Below, piece after piece: positions 37,250 through 50,585 of a stretch of DNA of 64,000 nucleotides. The position numbers were made by a program, and so were the translations under genes. Origin of the DNA: Octopus vulgaris (taxonomy: Eukaryota); the NCBI GenBank assembly GCA_951406725.2, contig OX597817.1:172856001-172920000 (forward strand). Direction: 5' to 3'. Numbering within the stretch: the stretch's first letter is position 1; each line of letters begins with the position of its first letter. The notes under the pieces were generated by a model. That model made no database searches and had not been told where the DNA came from. It worked only from the letters and a program-made list of their open reading frames with translations.

Positions 37250-37558
37250 GCATTGGGCTATCATCTCTTCGGCCCAATGAAAGAGGGTTTGCGAGGCAAA
37301 CATTATTCCAGTGACAAGGAAGTGAAAACTGTAGTGAAGAAGTGGCTCAAAGAATAGTCAACTGAATTTTTGGAGGAGGAGATACATGCTCTCATTCAAA
37401 GGTGGAACATTACTATTGAGAGAAATGGTGACTATGTTGAGAAGCAGGGATGTGATCCACAGAGAACCAGCTTCATTTTGATGTATGATACATGTTCCTG
37501 TGTTGGTAATTATACCTGTCCTAAACAAAATGGCATTACTTTCTGACTCAGCCTCGTA
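37250..37558 (+). pseudogene. mariner (DD34D) transposase 3' remnant with right TIR
   Basis: Translates as YHLFGPMKEGLRGKHYSSDKEVKTVVKKWLKE*STEF...IHALIQRWNITIERNGDYVEK. Ends GCATTACTTTCTGACTCAGCCTCG-TA. Confidence 0.8.
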
Positions 37559-38509
37559 TGTATGTGTGTGAGTGTGTATATGTGCCCCTGGGTGGGGAAT
37601 GTCTCCTGGTCTTGACATTTTGTAACAGTTATAAACGAGCCCCACTATCATACGAATGGTGTCAAATTTTTAACCCATGAAACCATGTGCAATCATGGGG
37701 AAATACACTTTCTCTTGGAGACAAGAAGGGCATCAGAAAATCTACAGCAATGAAATTCCATCTGACTCATGCAAGCATAGAAAAGTGGACGTAAAATCAA
37801 TGATGATGATGATGTCATTAATTAGCGATCACTAATTTATAATATAAATATAAACAAAACAACTTGTATCTTGTAACTATAAATTCTTAAAAATTAATAC
37901 AGTAATGTTTAAAAGTCAAGTGCATCGCAGTATCAATAAAAGAAGGTTTTCAAAATTTCTTTAACCTTTAAATACAATATATAAAATAAAACTACATATG
38001 AAAGCTTACACATTTTATACACAGCTCGTGACATTTCAACTCCCACTAATATCAACATTTTCATTGAGCGAATGATAACCATTGATATTTAACCTGAAGA
38101 ATAATTTATTTCAAACGACCGATCATATAAAACTAAATGTCAAAAATATAAAAGAACACTGATCCACCTCACTGAGAATGTTTGTTTTTTTTACATTTTT
38201 ATACTTTTTTTTCTATATCATTGCACCAGAGTTGTTTTTGTTTTTTTGGTTTTAGTTTTGTTTTTCAGATTTGTATAATTATTTTTCCTGAGACTTATTT
38301 AAACTCTTGACCTTATTTAAACTCTTGAATATATAAATACTTAGATATTTATATATTCAAGTAATTAATTAATTTTTCATTGTATCTATTTATTTTCTTT
38401 TTCATTTATTTTTCAACTATTTTCTTTCTTTTTTCCTGATTGTGCAGAAGTAATTCTTGGAATCTGAAGTAATTCTTGGAAAGAAGTACTTACATTATCC
38501 ATAACAGTT

Positions 38510-38885
38510 GTTTCTGGCATAGACTGTAGACCTGAAATTTGGTGGGAGGAGATAAGCTGATGCCCTTAACTCTCCCCACATCCCCCATATTTGGCTGCTA
38601 CTTTATTTTACTAACCTCAAAAAGATGAAAAACAAAGTTGACCTCAGTAAGATATGAACTCAGAACAGAGATTTTAAATTTTGGCACAAGGCCAGTAATT
38701 TTATGGGAGAGGGTAAGTCAATTACATCAATCTCAGTGCTTGACTGTTACTTATTCTATCAACCCCTAAAAGATGGAATACAAAGTCAACCTTGGTAGAA
38801 TTTGAACTCAGAACGGGAAGACAGACAAAATGCCACTAAGTATTTTGCCCACAGTGGTAATGATTCTTCCAGTTTGCCATCTTAG
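38510..38885 (-). mobile_element. two degenerate family B SINE copies
   Basis: AAAGTCAACCTTGGTAGAATTTGAACTCAGAAC motif and GGCACAAGGCCAG tail variant. Confidence 0.7.
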
Positions 38886-39819
38886 GCAAGTAAATATTGG
38901 AAAGCAGTTTTTCCCAAAGCTCTAAAGATTCTACATTAGAATGAGATAAAAGTAACGTGATGTGTTTACAAATATGATGCAATACTTGAAGCAGAGTTTA
39001 AACTTTATATTAATGTTTATATAATGCTCACAAATAGGATGAAATTTACATGTAATGAGGAGAGGAGAAGTCTAATGTTTTCAGCTAAGGAGCGCCTTTC
39101 TCAAAGAGAAAACATTTCCTTCAACTAGAATTTGTTTTCTCTTTTTTTCTCATATTACAAAAACTCATTCCATTTTGTGAACTTAACTGAAGAGACTTTG
39201 TGCCAAATCACCATCTTAAATTTCCTCAGACTTGTGTGATTTCTTTTACTCACACACATACACACACAGCTACACAATAATTTTAGAGAAAAGAAACACC
39301 CACAAAAATATCTGATATGAGAATAACTGCCTCATATTACTTCACAGAAATTCCTGGTCATTAAGATCACACAAGCCATATCATAATACTATAGTAAGTA
39401 TATCTAAACAATGGAGATGTGTACCATCATCATAGCTATCGATGATTTTACATCTGTCCTATGTCTGCTTGTATTGGCTGGATAGGAGTCTTTGAGGCAA
39501 TGCCTTGTGGCCAGATTCTCTTTCTGGCATCAACCCTTTTAGTGATACAATGTATCAATTTGAAAAGCTAGGAAACACACACACATGTCAGCCATCCAAG
39601 AATTTGGACCTAGAGACCTCCATTTCCAGCGACTTTGAGGTCCACCTCCCAGTGGTGTCGGGTGTTAACGAAGAGCCCTCGACTACAACAAGACAACCAA
39701 AGTTTTTTTTTTCTCAAGGTCTGGATCTCCCGCTCCTAAGCCCTAGACTATCACCTAATCACCCTTAACCGTCTTGTTGCTTAACAACAACAACAACACA
39801 TATGTCACCACCACGACAA

Positions 39820-40695
39820 CAACAATGTCTACTTTTCCATCCTTACACCTGTACCCAAAGGAATTTTCTGAGGCAGATTTTTCTAAGGCCAGGTGTCCTT
39901 CCTGTAGATGACCCTCATCTGTTTCCAAGCTAAGTAATATTTTCCCACATCCAGACATATTTGTCATCAGCGCCGCCTTGGCTGGCTTCCGTGCCGGTGG
40001 CATGCTAAAAGCTCCAACCGATCGTGGCCGATGCTGGACCCCCTGGCACCTGTGCAGGTGGCATGTAAAAAGCACCCACTACACTCGCGGAGTGGTTGGT
40101 GTTAGGAAGGGCATCCAGCTGTAGAAACTCTGCCAGATCAGACTGGAGCCTGGTGCAGCCCCTGGCTTCCCAGACCCCAGTTGAACCGTCCAACCCGTGC
40201 TAGCGCGGAAAACGGACGTTAAACGATGATGATGATGATGATGTTGCTGTCTTTGTTTAATGCCTACTTTTCCATCCTTACACATGTAACAGAAGGAATT
40301 AGTTGAGGCAGATTTTCTAAGGCCAAATGCCCTTCCTGTAGGTGACCCTTATCTATTTCCAAGTTAAGTAATATTTTGCCATGCCCAGACATATTTCTCA
40401 TAGAAAATTGGAAACAAATGACACCACTTGTATGACAGTGACATTCTTTTACGACTATCAAGTGATGTCAAGACAAGGGGACACAAATACATGTCTATTT
40501 GTGTCTCTTTGTGCATGAGTCAAAATAAACATAGACACACACACACACATATAGTGGTTGGTGTTAGGAAGGGCATCCAACCATAGAAACCATTCCAAAT
40601 CAGACTAGTGTTGGGTACACTTTCCAGCTTGCCAGCCCTGGTCAAACCACCCAACCCATGCCAGCATGGACAACAGACAGCAAATGATGTTGATG
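39820..40695. mobile_element. cluster of (GAT)n-tail elements: minus copies 39820-39965 and 40262-40490, plus copies 39970-40243 and 40553-40695
   Basis: The shared GGAAGGGCATCCAGC...AGCATGGA...GACGTTAAA.GATGATG tail occurs in both orientations. Confidence 0.75.
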
Positions 40696-43204
40696 AGTTC
40701 AAACTTAGAGAAAACAAAAGATGAAGATAGGAGAAGGAACAACAAGCAGGTGTATTAGTTTAACGCTCAAGAAGAATGGAAAAGTCTTTGATGTTTTGAA
40801 CCTACACTTTTTGACCAAAAGGATTGATAGGAAAATAAAATAGAGAGAGAATGAAAAAAACAAAAACAGAGAGAGAAAAAAATGAGTAGGAATTTATGGT
40901 TCAACATGATGAAATGGCCAGAAGTAAGAGGCTGAGTTATATATAAAGGCACATGGCTTAGTAGGGTGTTGCACTTAGAATTGCAAGATTGTGGGTTTGA
41001 TTCCCAGACCAGATGTTGTGTTCTTGAGCAAAGCACTTCATTTCATGTTGTTCTGAAATCATTTTGTCATCTGACATGTGGCACACAGTGCACCTCTACA
41101 GGTAATGTCAATTTGACGGAGGGAGTGACGTTATGTGTACACAAACATTTGACCACTATAAACAAATCATCAAAGTGGTTGTCCAGCAAGAAACTGCCAA
41201 CTGCCAGACCCTCATACGTCGTCCAGCAATGGGAGATTCCATGGTATGTATATATGTGTGTGTGTATATATATAGACACACAAGCATATGCAACAGGCTG
41301 GTTTCATTTACGATCAACTAAATACATTCACAAAACTTTGGTCAGCCTGGGGTTGTAGTAGAATACACTTGCCCAAGTTACTATACAAAAGGACTGAACC
41401 TGAAACCACAAGGAGCTTTTTATTAATCCTGAAAGAATAAAAGCTAAGCAGACATCATTGGAATTTGAACTCACTGTGCGGAGTGTTGGAACAAATACTG
41501 TGAGGTATTCTATCCAACACTCTATCAACCAATTTGTGAATTTGCTGCATTGAGTAATGTATTATAGCTACAATCACATCAAGCAGTCATAGTACCTAAT
41601 CATGGTCTGCAGATCAATAATTCAATACTATAACACCTGAACCACTTTATCTTTTTAATACTTGAAATTAAAGGAGAAACAGAGGGAGAGAGAAACAGAA
41701 GGGAAAGAGATAGAGAGAAGAAAGAATGATATATATATAGAGAGAGAGAGAGGAGTGATGTAGAGAGTAAAAAAAAACCTTTGAAACAGAAATAAAATAT
41801 CAATACATAACATATAATTACTACTAGAAATTCTTTACCGATATCTTTCAATCCAACCAACACACTTTCATATCATTGACAGAAATCTTATTTTATTTAT
41901 ATTTTTTAAGAAAGAAAAATACCCCCAAAAAAAACAAACAAGAAGACAATTTCAAAATGATTTTGAATCAAAAATCATATATATAAAAACCAAAGTTTAA
42001 ATTAAAAATTTCGAATTTAATTAAAACAAATCATGAATTCAATTAATTCCACATTCAAATCACACACTGTAATACTGCAATGACATTTGATGAATCTTTG
42101 GGGCATAGGAAGTGTGTTGTGCTGTTAAGGAAATGATGAGTTCTTTAAGACAAATTGGATAACTAAACGTGATACTGTCAAACCCAGTTCAAAATACAGA
42201 ATAAATATATATATGTATGTAAAACTATGATTCACTTGTAATTTTCATTTATCGTACAACTTTACTACCATATCATTTAAAGAACTTTCGACACTAATGA
42301 AATGATTAAATGCTCAAAGAAACATCTTCAAGATGGATTGTGGTAAGAGTCAATTAAAACTTGATATTAGTTCTTGAGAAAGTAAAAACAATAAAGATGG
42401 TATTAAACAGAATGTAACTTGGTTATATACAGTCAGCAAAGTACATAGAAAACTGTAATATGAATATTAGTAAGTATGATTTCATGCCTGGAAGCCTAGA
42501 ATACCATTTACAGTCTGAAGAATATGAATAGAAACTAGGTCAAGAATTGTAAATGGGTAAACAATATGTCAATGACTGGATGAATGAAAGGAAAATAGAT
42601 ACACGGACAAAGAATGAATAAGAGGAAGAGAGAAGGAGAGAGTGTTATACTGGTTTAAAATTTTGGTACAAAACTAGCAATTATGGGAGCGGGGGTAAGT
42701 TGATTACATTGACCCCAGTGCTCAGCTGGTATTTATGTTATCAGCTCCAAAAGGATGAAGAGCAAAGTCGGTCTCGGCAGAATGTAAAGACAGACAAAGT
42801 GTGGCTAAGCATTTTGCCCAATGTGCTAAGAATTCTGCAAGTTCACTGTCTTAGAAAGTGTTATATTCTATTTACTTCTGGCCTTCCTTGTTGCTGGTCT
42901 TTACTTCCCCTATATGTCTACTTTCTGCTCCTTCTTTTAACCTTTTCTGGTGAGTTGCAGTGCTCCTGAGTACTGTGTATGAAAAGCTACCACACTGGAT
43001 AAAATGTTTAATGGCATTTCTTTCAGTTTTACATTCTGAGTTCAAATTCCACTGAGGTTGACTTTACCTTCCATTCTTTTGGGGACAATGAAATAAGTAC
43101 CGGTTGAACACTGGAGTCAATGTAATCGATTTGCCCGACTAACAAAATTTCATGCCCTGTGCCTAGAACAGAAAGAAGTATCATTACTGTTAATGTTATA
43201 ATGA

Positions 43205-43855
43205 TTGAAGGGTGCTTTTAACAGGCCCGTTATGAGACCCTGGTATCAGCCATGGCTTTGATCTCACTTGGTTTGATGGGTCTTCTCAAGCATGGTATAT
43301 TTCCAAAGGTCTCGGTTAACTGGAATTGCCTCTGTGAGGCCCAACATTTGAAGATCGTGCTTCACCACCTCATTCCATGTCTTCCTGTGTCTACCTCTTC
43401 CACAGATTCCCTCCACCATCATAGTGCAACACTTCTTCACACAGCTGTCCTCATCCATATGCATCACATGACCATTCCAGTGCAGGCGTCTCTCTTGCAC
43501 ACCACAACTGATGCTTCTTATATTCAGCTTTCCTCTCAGGACACTTACACTCTGCCATGCATGCACACTGACATTACACATCCAGCAGAGCATACTGGCT
43601 TCATTCCTTACAAGCCTACACATGTCCTCAGCACTCACAGCTCATGTTTCACTGCCATGTAGCATGGCTGTTGTCATTCTTTACTTCCCTTACGTATCAT
43701 ACAGTCTGCCTTTCACTCTGAGCTAGAGGTCCTTTGTTACCAGCAGAGGTAGGAGCTCTCTGAACTTTGTCCAGCCTATTCTTATTGTAGTAGCTACGCT
43801 TTCAGAGCATCCGCCCCCACTACTGACTTGGTCACCTAGGTAACGGAAGCTATCA
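43205..43855 (-). mobile_element. RTE LINE ORF 3' fragment
   Basis: Translates as DSFRYLGDQVSSGGGCSESVATTIRIGWTKFRELLPLLVTK and CGVQERRLHWNGHVMHMDEDSCVKKC...EGICGRGRHRKTWNEVVKHDL, a typical RTE C-terminus. Confidence 0.88.
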
Positions 43856-43894
43856 TGTTCTTCTAGTTTTCCCCCCTTGGCATGTGACAGAATC

Positions 43895-43897
<3 letters not shown>

Positions 43898-43958
<61 letters not shown>

Positions 43959-44065
43959 ATATAAATGTATACATACATACATATATATAAATAAATATAT
44001 ATATATATATACACACACATACATATATGTACATGCATGAACATACACAAACACACATACATACA
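43898..44065. repeat. compound (TA)n/(TAGATA)n/(CATA)n microsatellite
   Basis: Directly visible. Confidence 0.95.
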
Positions 44066-44339
44066 ACGGGTCATCGTTTAAATATAGTTTCATTACATAG
44101 TTAATGAGAAATAGAATAAAATCAGGAACTGCGAAATTACAGGGCATAAAGTGTAAGATAATAATATATAATGACAGCGTCTACGATTACTTTCATACCA
44201 ATATTGTATGGAAACATTCAATGAATGCTACAGGGACCTAATCATGTATCCGACCAGCTTGGGACTAGCAATGCCCCCTCATTTCTGAAGTTACTAGTGT
44301 TTTGGGTCTTTAAACCAAGGCTTCGTGTATATTACACAT

Positions 44340-44545
44340 ATTCAGAATAAATGGCTGGATGTGATTGAAGAAGATCTCAAGAGGCTCAATGTCTCCTTGG
44401 AGGATGCAGAGAAGCTGGCATTGGAGCACCAGTGATGGAGAGCACTGGTGGACCTGGTCAGTTCTATGCATGATGTCATCTCTGGAACCACAAATCTGTG
44501 ATGATCCCAGCCCCATAAAGCATGAGCATGAAGTAAGCAAGCAAT
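44340..44545 (+). mobile_element. short RTE-like LINE 3' remnant
   Basis: Translates as IKWLDVIEEDLKRLNVSLEDAEKLALEHQ*WRALV. Confidence 0.55.
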
Positions 44546-45082
44546 TATGTATTAAAATGATCTTTTGCAGATTTTAAAAATATATTAGGGCAAACTTATA
44601 AAAGAAATATATTCTCAGACGAATTCATATTTCAACAAAATGACATCAAGAGTTATTTCCCCTGCTTACTGTTTATGCATGTGCAACAAAGAAAAAAAAG
44701 TATTTTGATTCACTAATCTGCCAGTTTTGAACATAATGAAACCAAAATTTAATGAGTTTGAGCCTCTCACCCAATGAGTATTTCTGCCAAATTTGGTGAA
44801 AATCTTTTCAGCCATTTTCCAGTAATTTTGCAAACACACAGATAAACAAAGATGAGCAACTACAATACCCTGCTTGCGCTTACATGTGCAGGGTAATGAT
44901 GGATAAAGATATTACTCTTCAAGCTTCTTTCATTTAATAGTTGTCACTTGTCACTTATGATATGATCTTTATAATGTTTTACCATCTATTCAATGGAGAT
45001 GTAACTCCTTTAGGGAACAGTGGTATATGAAATATATAATACATAATGGAAAGTAAATCATAAAATTGTATTTAACAGATAG

Positions 45083-45538
45083 ATGCAGATGTGGTTGCGT
45101 GGTAAGAAGTTTTGTTTGTCAGCCACATGGTTCTGGGTTCAGTCCCACTGTGCAGCACTTTGGGGGAAGTATCTTCTACAATAGTTTCAGGCACAAATCA
45201 AAGCCTAGTGAGATGGACTTTGTGGACAGAAATTGAAAGAAAGCAGCTTGAGTGTGTGTGTTGGGGGTCAGGGTGGGGGTGCATGAGCATTTGTGTGTAC
45301 TCTTGCTTTGACATGTCACATGATGGCTGTAAACAAGCTTCACTGTCATACAAGTGTTGTTCATTGCTAGTTTTCTGTGGAAAACATATCAGGCCATAAG
45401 GAAATATTACCTTGTTTGGAAGCAGGTGAGAGTTGGTAACAGGAAAGGCATCCAGCCATAGAAAATCTGCCTCAACAAATTCTGTCTCACTCATGCAAGC
45501 ATGGAAAAGTGGATGTTAAATGGTTATGATGATGATGA
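45083..45538 (+). mobile_element. tRNA-head SINE with RTE-like (GAT)n tail (family D)
   Basis: A family A-like head (GTGGTAAG...GGGTTCAGTCCCACTG) is joined to GGAAAGGCATCCAGCCATAGAAAATCTGCC...GCATGGAAAAGTGGATGTTAAA(TGA)n. Relatives lie at 37560-37815, 47620-47870 and 62590-62835 (minus). Confidence 0.75.
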
Positions 45539-46298
45539 GATTAAAAAGTAATAAACTTCTGAAGCAGGATCTCTTTGATCACCATTTAATCATTTCACTT
45601 AAAATTCTCATAACTCTTGTAATTAAATTTTCTTTGATGTGCTCAGTGCAAGATGTTTTCTCTTTTAGTTTTCCACCAGCAGGTTGTCTTTCAGAGATGG
45701 TATTAAAAACATATTATAACAAACTAGACCAAATAAGCGCATAAATGTAGAGAGATGTGCAAGTGCACAGCATCTTTTATACTGAAGCTAATGTATAACA
45801 TGTACACCATAGAAATGAGAAAACGGTCAAACACTGAAGAACTACAGATTCAAAATTAGTGAGTTTCAAAGTCAGAATGTTTTCTGGAAAACTGGATAAA
45901 TAGTTTGGTACTTGTACTTCTAGTCCACTTTCCAGTGTTATTGTTTGGTTTAGAAATAAGGGGATGATAGGTGCTCCTCAGAGTTTCTGCTGTGCAAATA
46001 TTTATTCCATGATTTGTCTCTGATGCAAAGATTGCTAAACATGCATAGAATTTTGTGAAGAGTCAATTAAACAAAGGAACAATGAGTTGTAGATATTTGA
46101 AAAGCTCTCAGCTTCACCCATCAGGTTGGATTTAATGAAGTAAATGAAGATGTAGTGGAGTTACTTGAATGCCTTAAAACGGAAATAACTAATGAGGTGC
46201 TCATAGGGAGGTGGAACAACACTATACTAGAAATGGAAGTAAGGATGTACCAACGACTGTCATGTTACAACACACACACATATACACATTTATGTACC

Positions 46299-46530
46299 TA
46301 TTTCTTTACTTCCCACAAGGAGCTTAACATAGAGGGGACAAACAAGGACAGACAAACGGATTAAGTCAATTACATCGACCCCAGTGCATAACTGGTACTT
46401 AATTTATCAACCCCGAAAGGATGAAAGGCAAAGTCGACCTCGGCGGATTTGAACTCAGAACGTAACGGCAGACGAAATACGGCTACGCATTTCGCCCGGC
46501 GTGCTAAAGTGTCTACCAGCTCACCACCTT
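46299..46530 (-). mobile_element. family B SINE with 18-bp TSD
   Basis: TATACACATTTATGTACC occurs at 46281-46298 and 46531-46548. Confidence 0.9.
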
Positions 46531-46584
46531 TATACACATTTATGTACCAACTAAGGTTGGGTAGGCAAGGCAGGCAGGCTAGAC

Positions 46585-46927
46585 CAGTAGTTCTCAACTA
46601 CTTTTTGCCTAAGGGATCTTTTGATTCTTACTTTGGTTGGGTGGACCCTCATAGTTATTCAATATTTTTTTTAAAATCATATCATATTTTTATAATTAAA
46701 TATTAGGAATTGTATTATTATTTTTTTTACTTGTTTCAGTCATTTGACTGCGGCCATGCTGGAGCACCGCCTTTACTCAAATCAAATCGACCCCAGGACT
46801 TATTCTTTGTAAGCCTAGTACTTATTCTGTCGGTTGCTTCTGCCGAACCGCTAAGTTACGGGGACGTAAACACACCAGCATTAGTTATCAAGTGATGTTG
46901 GGGGTACAAACACAGATAAACAAACAT

Positions 46928-46960
<33 letters not shown>

Positions 46961-47266
46961 CATATACGACGGGCTTCTTTCAGTTTCCATCTACCAAATC
47001 CATTCACAAGGCTTTGGTCGGTCGGCCCAAGGTTATAGTAGAAGGCACTTGCCCAAGGTGCCATGCAGTGGGACTGAACCCGGAACCATGTGGTTGGTAA
47101 GCAAGCTACTTACCACACAGCCACTCCTGCGCCTATAAATTTTTAAAAAATTGTTAAAACATTTTGTGTATTGTAGAAGTATAACCAATTTATTGTACAT
47201 CAATTTTAACAAAATCTCATATGCCCCATCACCCAAGGGCCATATGAACCCTGGTTGAGAAGCATG
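46585..47266. mobile_element. hAT/Charlie-like MITE with nested family A SINE (46720-47134, minus)
   Basis: Imperfect TIRs CAGTAGTTCTCAAC / GTTGAGAAGCATG. Flanks GGCTAGAC / CTCAAGAC resemble a degenerate 8-bp TSD. Confidence 0.6.
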
Positions 47267-47500
47267 CTCAAGACAGACTCATACTATAAACATTGATTAC
47301 GAAACATAAAAAGTAAATGATTTCCAATTCATTATAATAAATCTAAATGTATACACGAAATTAATTATATAACTCAATGTTTGAATGTTAGGCAGGAACA
47401 GTTCCCTCTGAATTTCAGAAAGGCACAACCTTTATATATGTATATATGTGCCTCCAGTTTCAGTCTCACTACATGACACCTAACTCCAGGCTGGAAGCAG

Positions 47501-47567
<67 letters not shown>

Positions 47568-47585
47568 TGTGCATGTGTTTGCATA

Positions 47586-47619
<34 letters not shown>

Positions 47620-47949
47620 CATCTATTGATGTCTCCAAGTCTTGATGTTGTGCAATAGTCATCAACAAAAATCATTGTTATACAGGCAATGCCATTTGTC
47701 TGAAATCTTCCATGAAAAATGTTTGGTCATCGACCTGTTTATGTCCAAAGGACTAAGGAAAATGTCCCCTTGCTTGGAAACACAAAGGGCATTTGACTAT
47801 AACAAATCTACATCAGCGGAATTTCACCTAACGCATACAAGTTAAGAAAAGAGAATGTTAATCAATGCTAACGTTAACACATCCCAATATTCAAATCACA
47901 CAAATGAAGATCAAAATTGCATTAAGGTTTGTGCCATAAAAGTATTATA

Positions 47950-48166
47950 CAAGGGGGAGCTGAAAAGTTCCTGGATTTAAGGGTACTATGAAAAGCCTGG
48001 TAGGAGGCCCGACCTTCTGAGTTCTTTTACAGACCTTAGGAAAACTGAAGGACCACTGCAATAAGTGTGTAAATCTGAGAGGGGAATATGATAAATAAAA
48101 CCATAATTAACAGATCCTTCTGTATTTTCTTTTACTCAAAGCCAGGAACTTTCCAGTACCTCCTCG
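47950..48166 (+). mobile_element. mariner-derived MITE
   Basis: TIRs TA-CAAGGGGGAGCTGAAAAGTTCCTGG / CCAGGAACTTTCCAGTACCTCCTCG. Internal remnant KLKDHCNKCVNLRGEYDK*. Confidence 0.75.
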
Positions 48167-48184
48167 CATAGACATTGGTTAAAT

Positions 48185-48587
48185 TCTTTTATTCTTCTAC
48201 ACATTTCATTCATTTGATTGTGGCCATGCTGGAGCACCAGCTTAAAGGGTTTTAGTCAAAGAAATCGACCCCAGGACTTATTCTTTGTAAGCACAGTACT
48301 TATTCTATTGGTCTCTTTTGCCAAACTGCTAGGTTACAAAGACATAAACACTACAACATTGGTTGTCAAGTGATAGTAGGGGATAAACATAGACACAAAG
48401 ACACACACACACATATATATATATATGACAAGCTTCTTTCAGTTTCCGCCTACCAAATCCACTCACAAAGCTTTCGTTGGCTAAAAGCTATAGAAGACAC
48501 TTGCCCAAAGTGACACACAGTGGGACCGAACACAGAATCATGTGGTTGGGAAGCAAACTTCTTACCACAAAGCCACACCCGCATCTA
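48185..48587 (-). mobile_element. family A SINE
   Basis: Reverse-complement match to family A. Confidence 0.85.
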
Positions 48588-48589
48588 TA

Positions 48590-49475
48590 TTTTGGGAATT
48601 TTATTTAAGAATTGCCATTAATTGTCATTAGCACCAACCTGAAACTCATCAAGTTTTTTAGACAGCACTTAGAATGTGACTACAAATATATAATTCTCTT
48701 ACAGAAATCTGAATGAAGATATACTAAACGTTATGAAAAATTCCATTGCTATCCGGAATCATATGACAAAAACATCAGTAAATAACCCGTGTAGGGGAAA
48801 TACGCAAACTATCTTCCGATAGAGAAATATTTAATCAAGTCACACCTCACTAAAATGATGTATTAATCAGAAATGGTTTCCAAGAAAAATTAGAACTTAT
48901 GGACCAAGTCCCCCAAACTGTAAGACTAAGAATAGATATATTATGTGGTGTAACCCCACTGCCACATACACACACAACAGCATCTAATATAGCTAATTTC
49001 CTGTCCCTGATAAGAAAACATTTCCCTACCATCCATAATTACTATTAACTTTTTAATAAGAATAATGTTAAAGTTGGACACAACTGCTTGGAAAGCATTG
49101 TATCCCAAATTTCCCATTACAACTAAAGTAATATAAATAGAAACAGAACAATCTAACTGCCAAAATTCTATAACAACAGCACATCTAGCCCACTCATTGA
49201 TAAGTATCTTACAAGTGCTTGTGTACAAGACAAAATAACATCTACCAATGGCATTGAAACGAACACATTCATAAGCAGACATACAAAGTACAGTCGCTCC
49301 TTCAATTTCAAATATAAAATTATTGACATTTCATTCTCTCGGTACTTTTGGAAACTGAAGGATAATAAGATTGACAACATTCCTATTAGCTAAAATGATG
49401 TGGAAACTTCAAGTTCACATTCCAGTAGTTCTAAGAGATACAACTTCTGTCTGACCAAGAAAATCCTGGTGCAGT
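48590..49475 (+). pseudogene. decayed Penelope-like element ORF (RT C-terminal region, linker and GIY-YIG endonuclease region)
   Basis: Manual translation across frameshifts gives STNLKLIKFLDST, SYRNLNEDILNVMKNS, SSDREIFNQVTPH*NDVLIRNGF, IMWCNP, NFLSLIRKHFP, LFNKNNVKVGHNC, LSRYFWKLK and SKRYNFCLT. These follow the order of the Penelope motifs NLKxVNFLDVT, PYRKPN, LSSNxEIF, IIWFNPP, FLxLIxKHFP, IFNxNTVKVSYSC, LSxYIWxLK and KRCNLCLxEK. The GIY-YIG residues themselves are eroded. Confidence 0.7.
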
Positions 49476-50585
49476 CCTCTTAAAGAAGTTAAACATCTGT
49501 GTGTAGGCATAAAAAAATGACCACCTAAAGAAATTCCAATCTGGTGCAGCCTTCCAGCTCTGGTCAGACTGTCCAACTCATGCCAGCATGGACAACAGAC
49601 GTGAAATGATGATGATGGTCAAAGTTAAAGTAATTTCATATTCCTCACAATTTCTATTTTGAATTTAAAAAGAAAAATCCAGAATTTTATCTTTATTATT
49701 ATAGTTCATGTTTTCAGAAATTTACATTATTCTGAGATGCAAATAAAATTTGGACCAGAATATTTTCCTTTCATATATACACTATGTATACACTATGTAG
49801 CTGCCTCTATAAATTCTTTCTATATTTTAAGTTAATATTTCAAGTCGTTGGTAATTATATAAAAAATAGAAATAAGAAATTGTAAGTCTTTTATTAGAAA
49901 ATGCATTTACATTTACAATAGTGATAGTAGTAGAGAAACATTCATTTAATAACTAACTGCATAATACCAATTGGAGTAGAACAGCTATTATAAATTGTAT
50001 CACATGATGCTTTCAATTCATAGCATCCAATTTACTTGATATTTTTCCTCATATCTTTTTTATAATAAATCTATTTTGAGAATCTACTTTTAGAATTATT
50101 TTGCTTTCTCATGGGTGTTCTAGTCTTTCTTTTCAATGGCAAAACAAAATGGATTATTTTACTCCAGTACCAATGAATTGATCGAAGATGCCTTGAAGAG
50201 CTATAAATTTCAAAGCTGCAAAGCACAAACAAATACAAACTGAATGAAAATGAACTTGTTCACTCATATATTGCGGTTGAATTATACGCTAAGAAACTGG
50301 GTGGTATTGAAAACATTGTGATTAGCTGCTCAGGCAAAGTACACATGTAGCTCATAAGATAAGACCATAAATAATAGTGATGCCAAGGACAACGCCCAGA
50401 ACACTACGACCATCACTACAAACGTCACTTCCTCTTCTTCAAGCAACCACAACTCAGATGCATTTTACCCTGCCAGGAATCTCTGGCATGCATTAGCCTT
50501 GATAGGGTCTCAGTTTCATGTTGTGTATCTCTACCAATAACATCAATGTAACTGAGTGGTTTTTGTCCTTTATTAAGGTGCAAAT

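Noticed and set aside
38294-38361. 17-bp tandem duplication followed by a 16-bp-arm AT-rich hairpin
   Set aside because: Low complexity and most simply a local slippage or template-switch product. No supporting context.
46100-46215. Possible Tigger/pogo C-terminal remnant (QVGFNEVNEDVVELLECLKTEITNEVL)
   Set aside because: Too short and degenerate to call without a search, and no TIRs were found.
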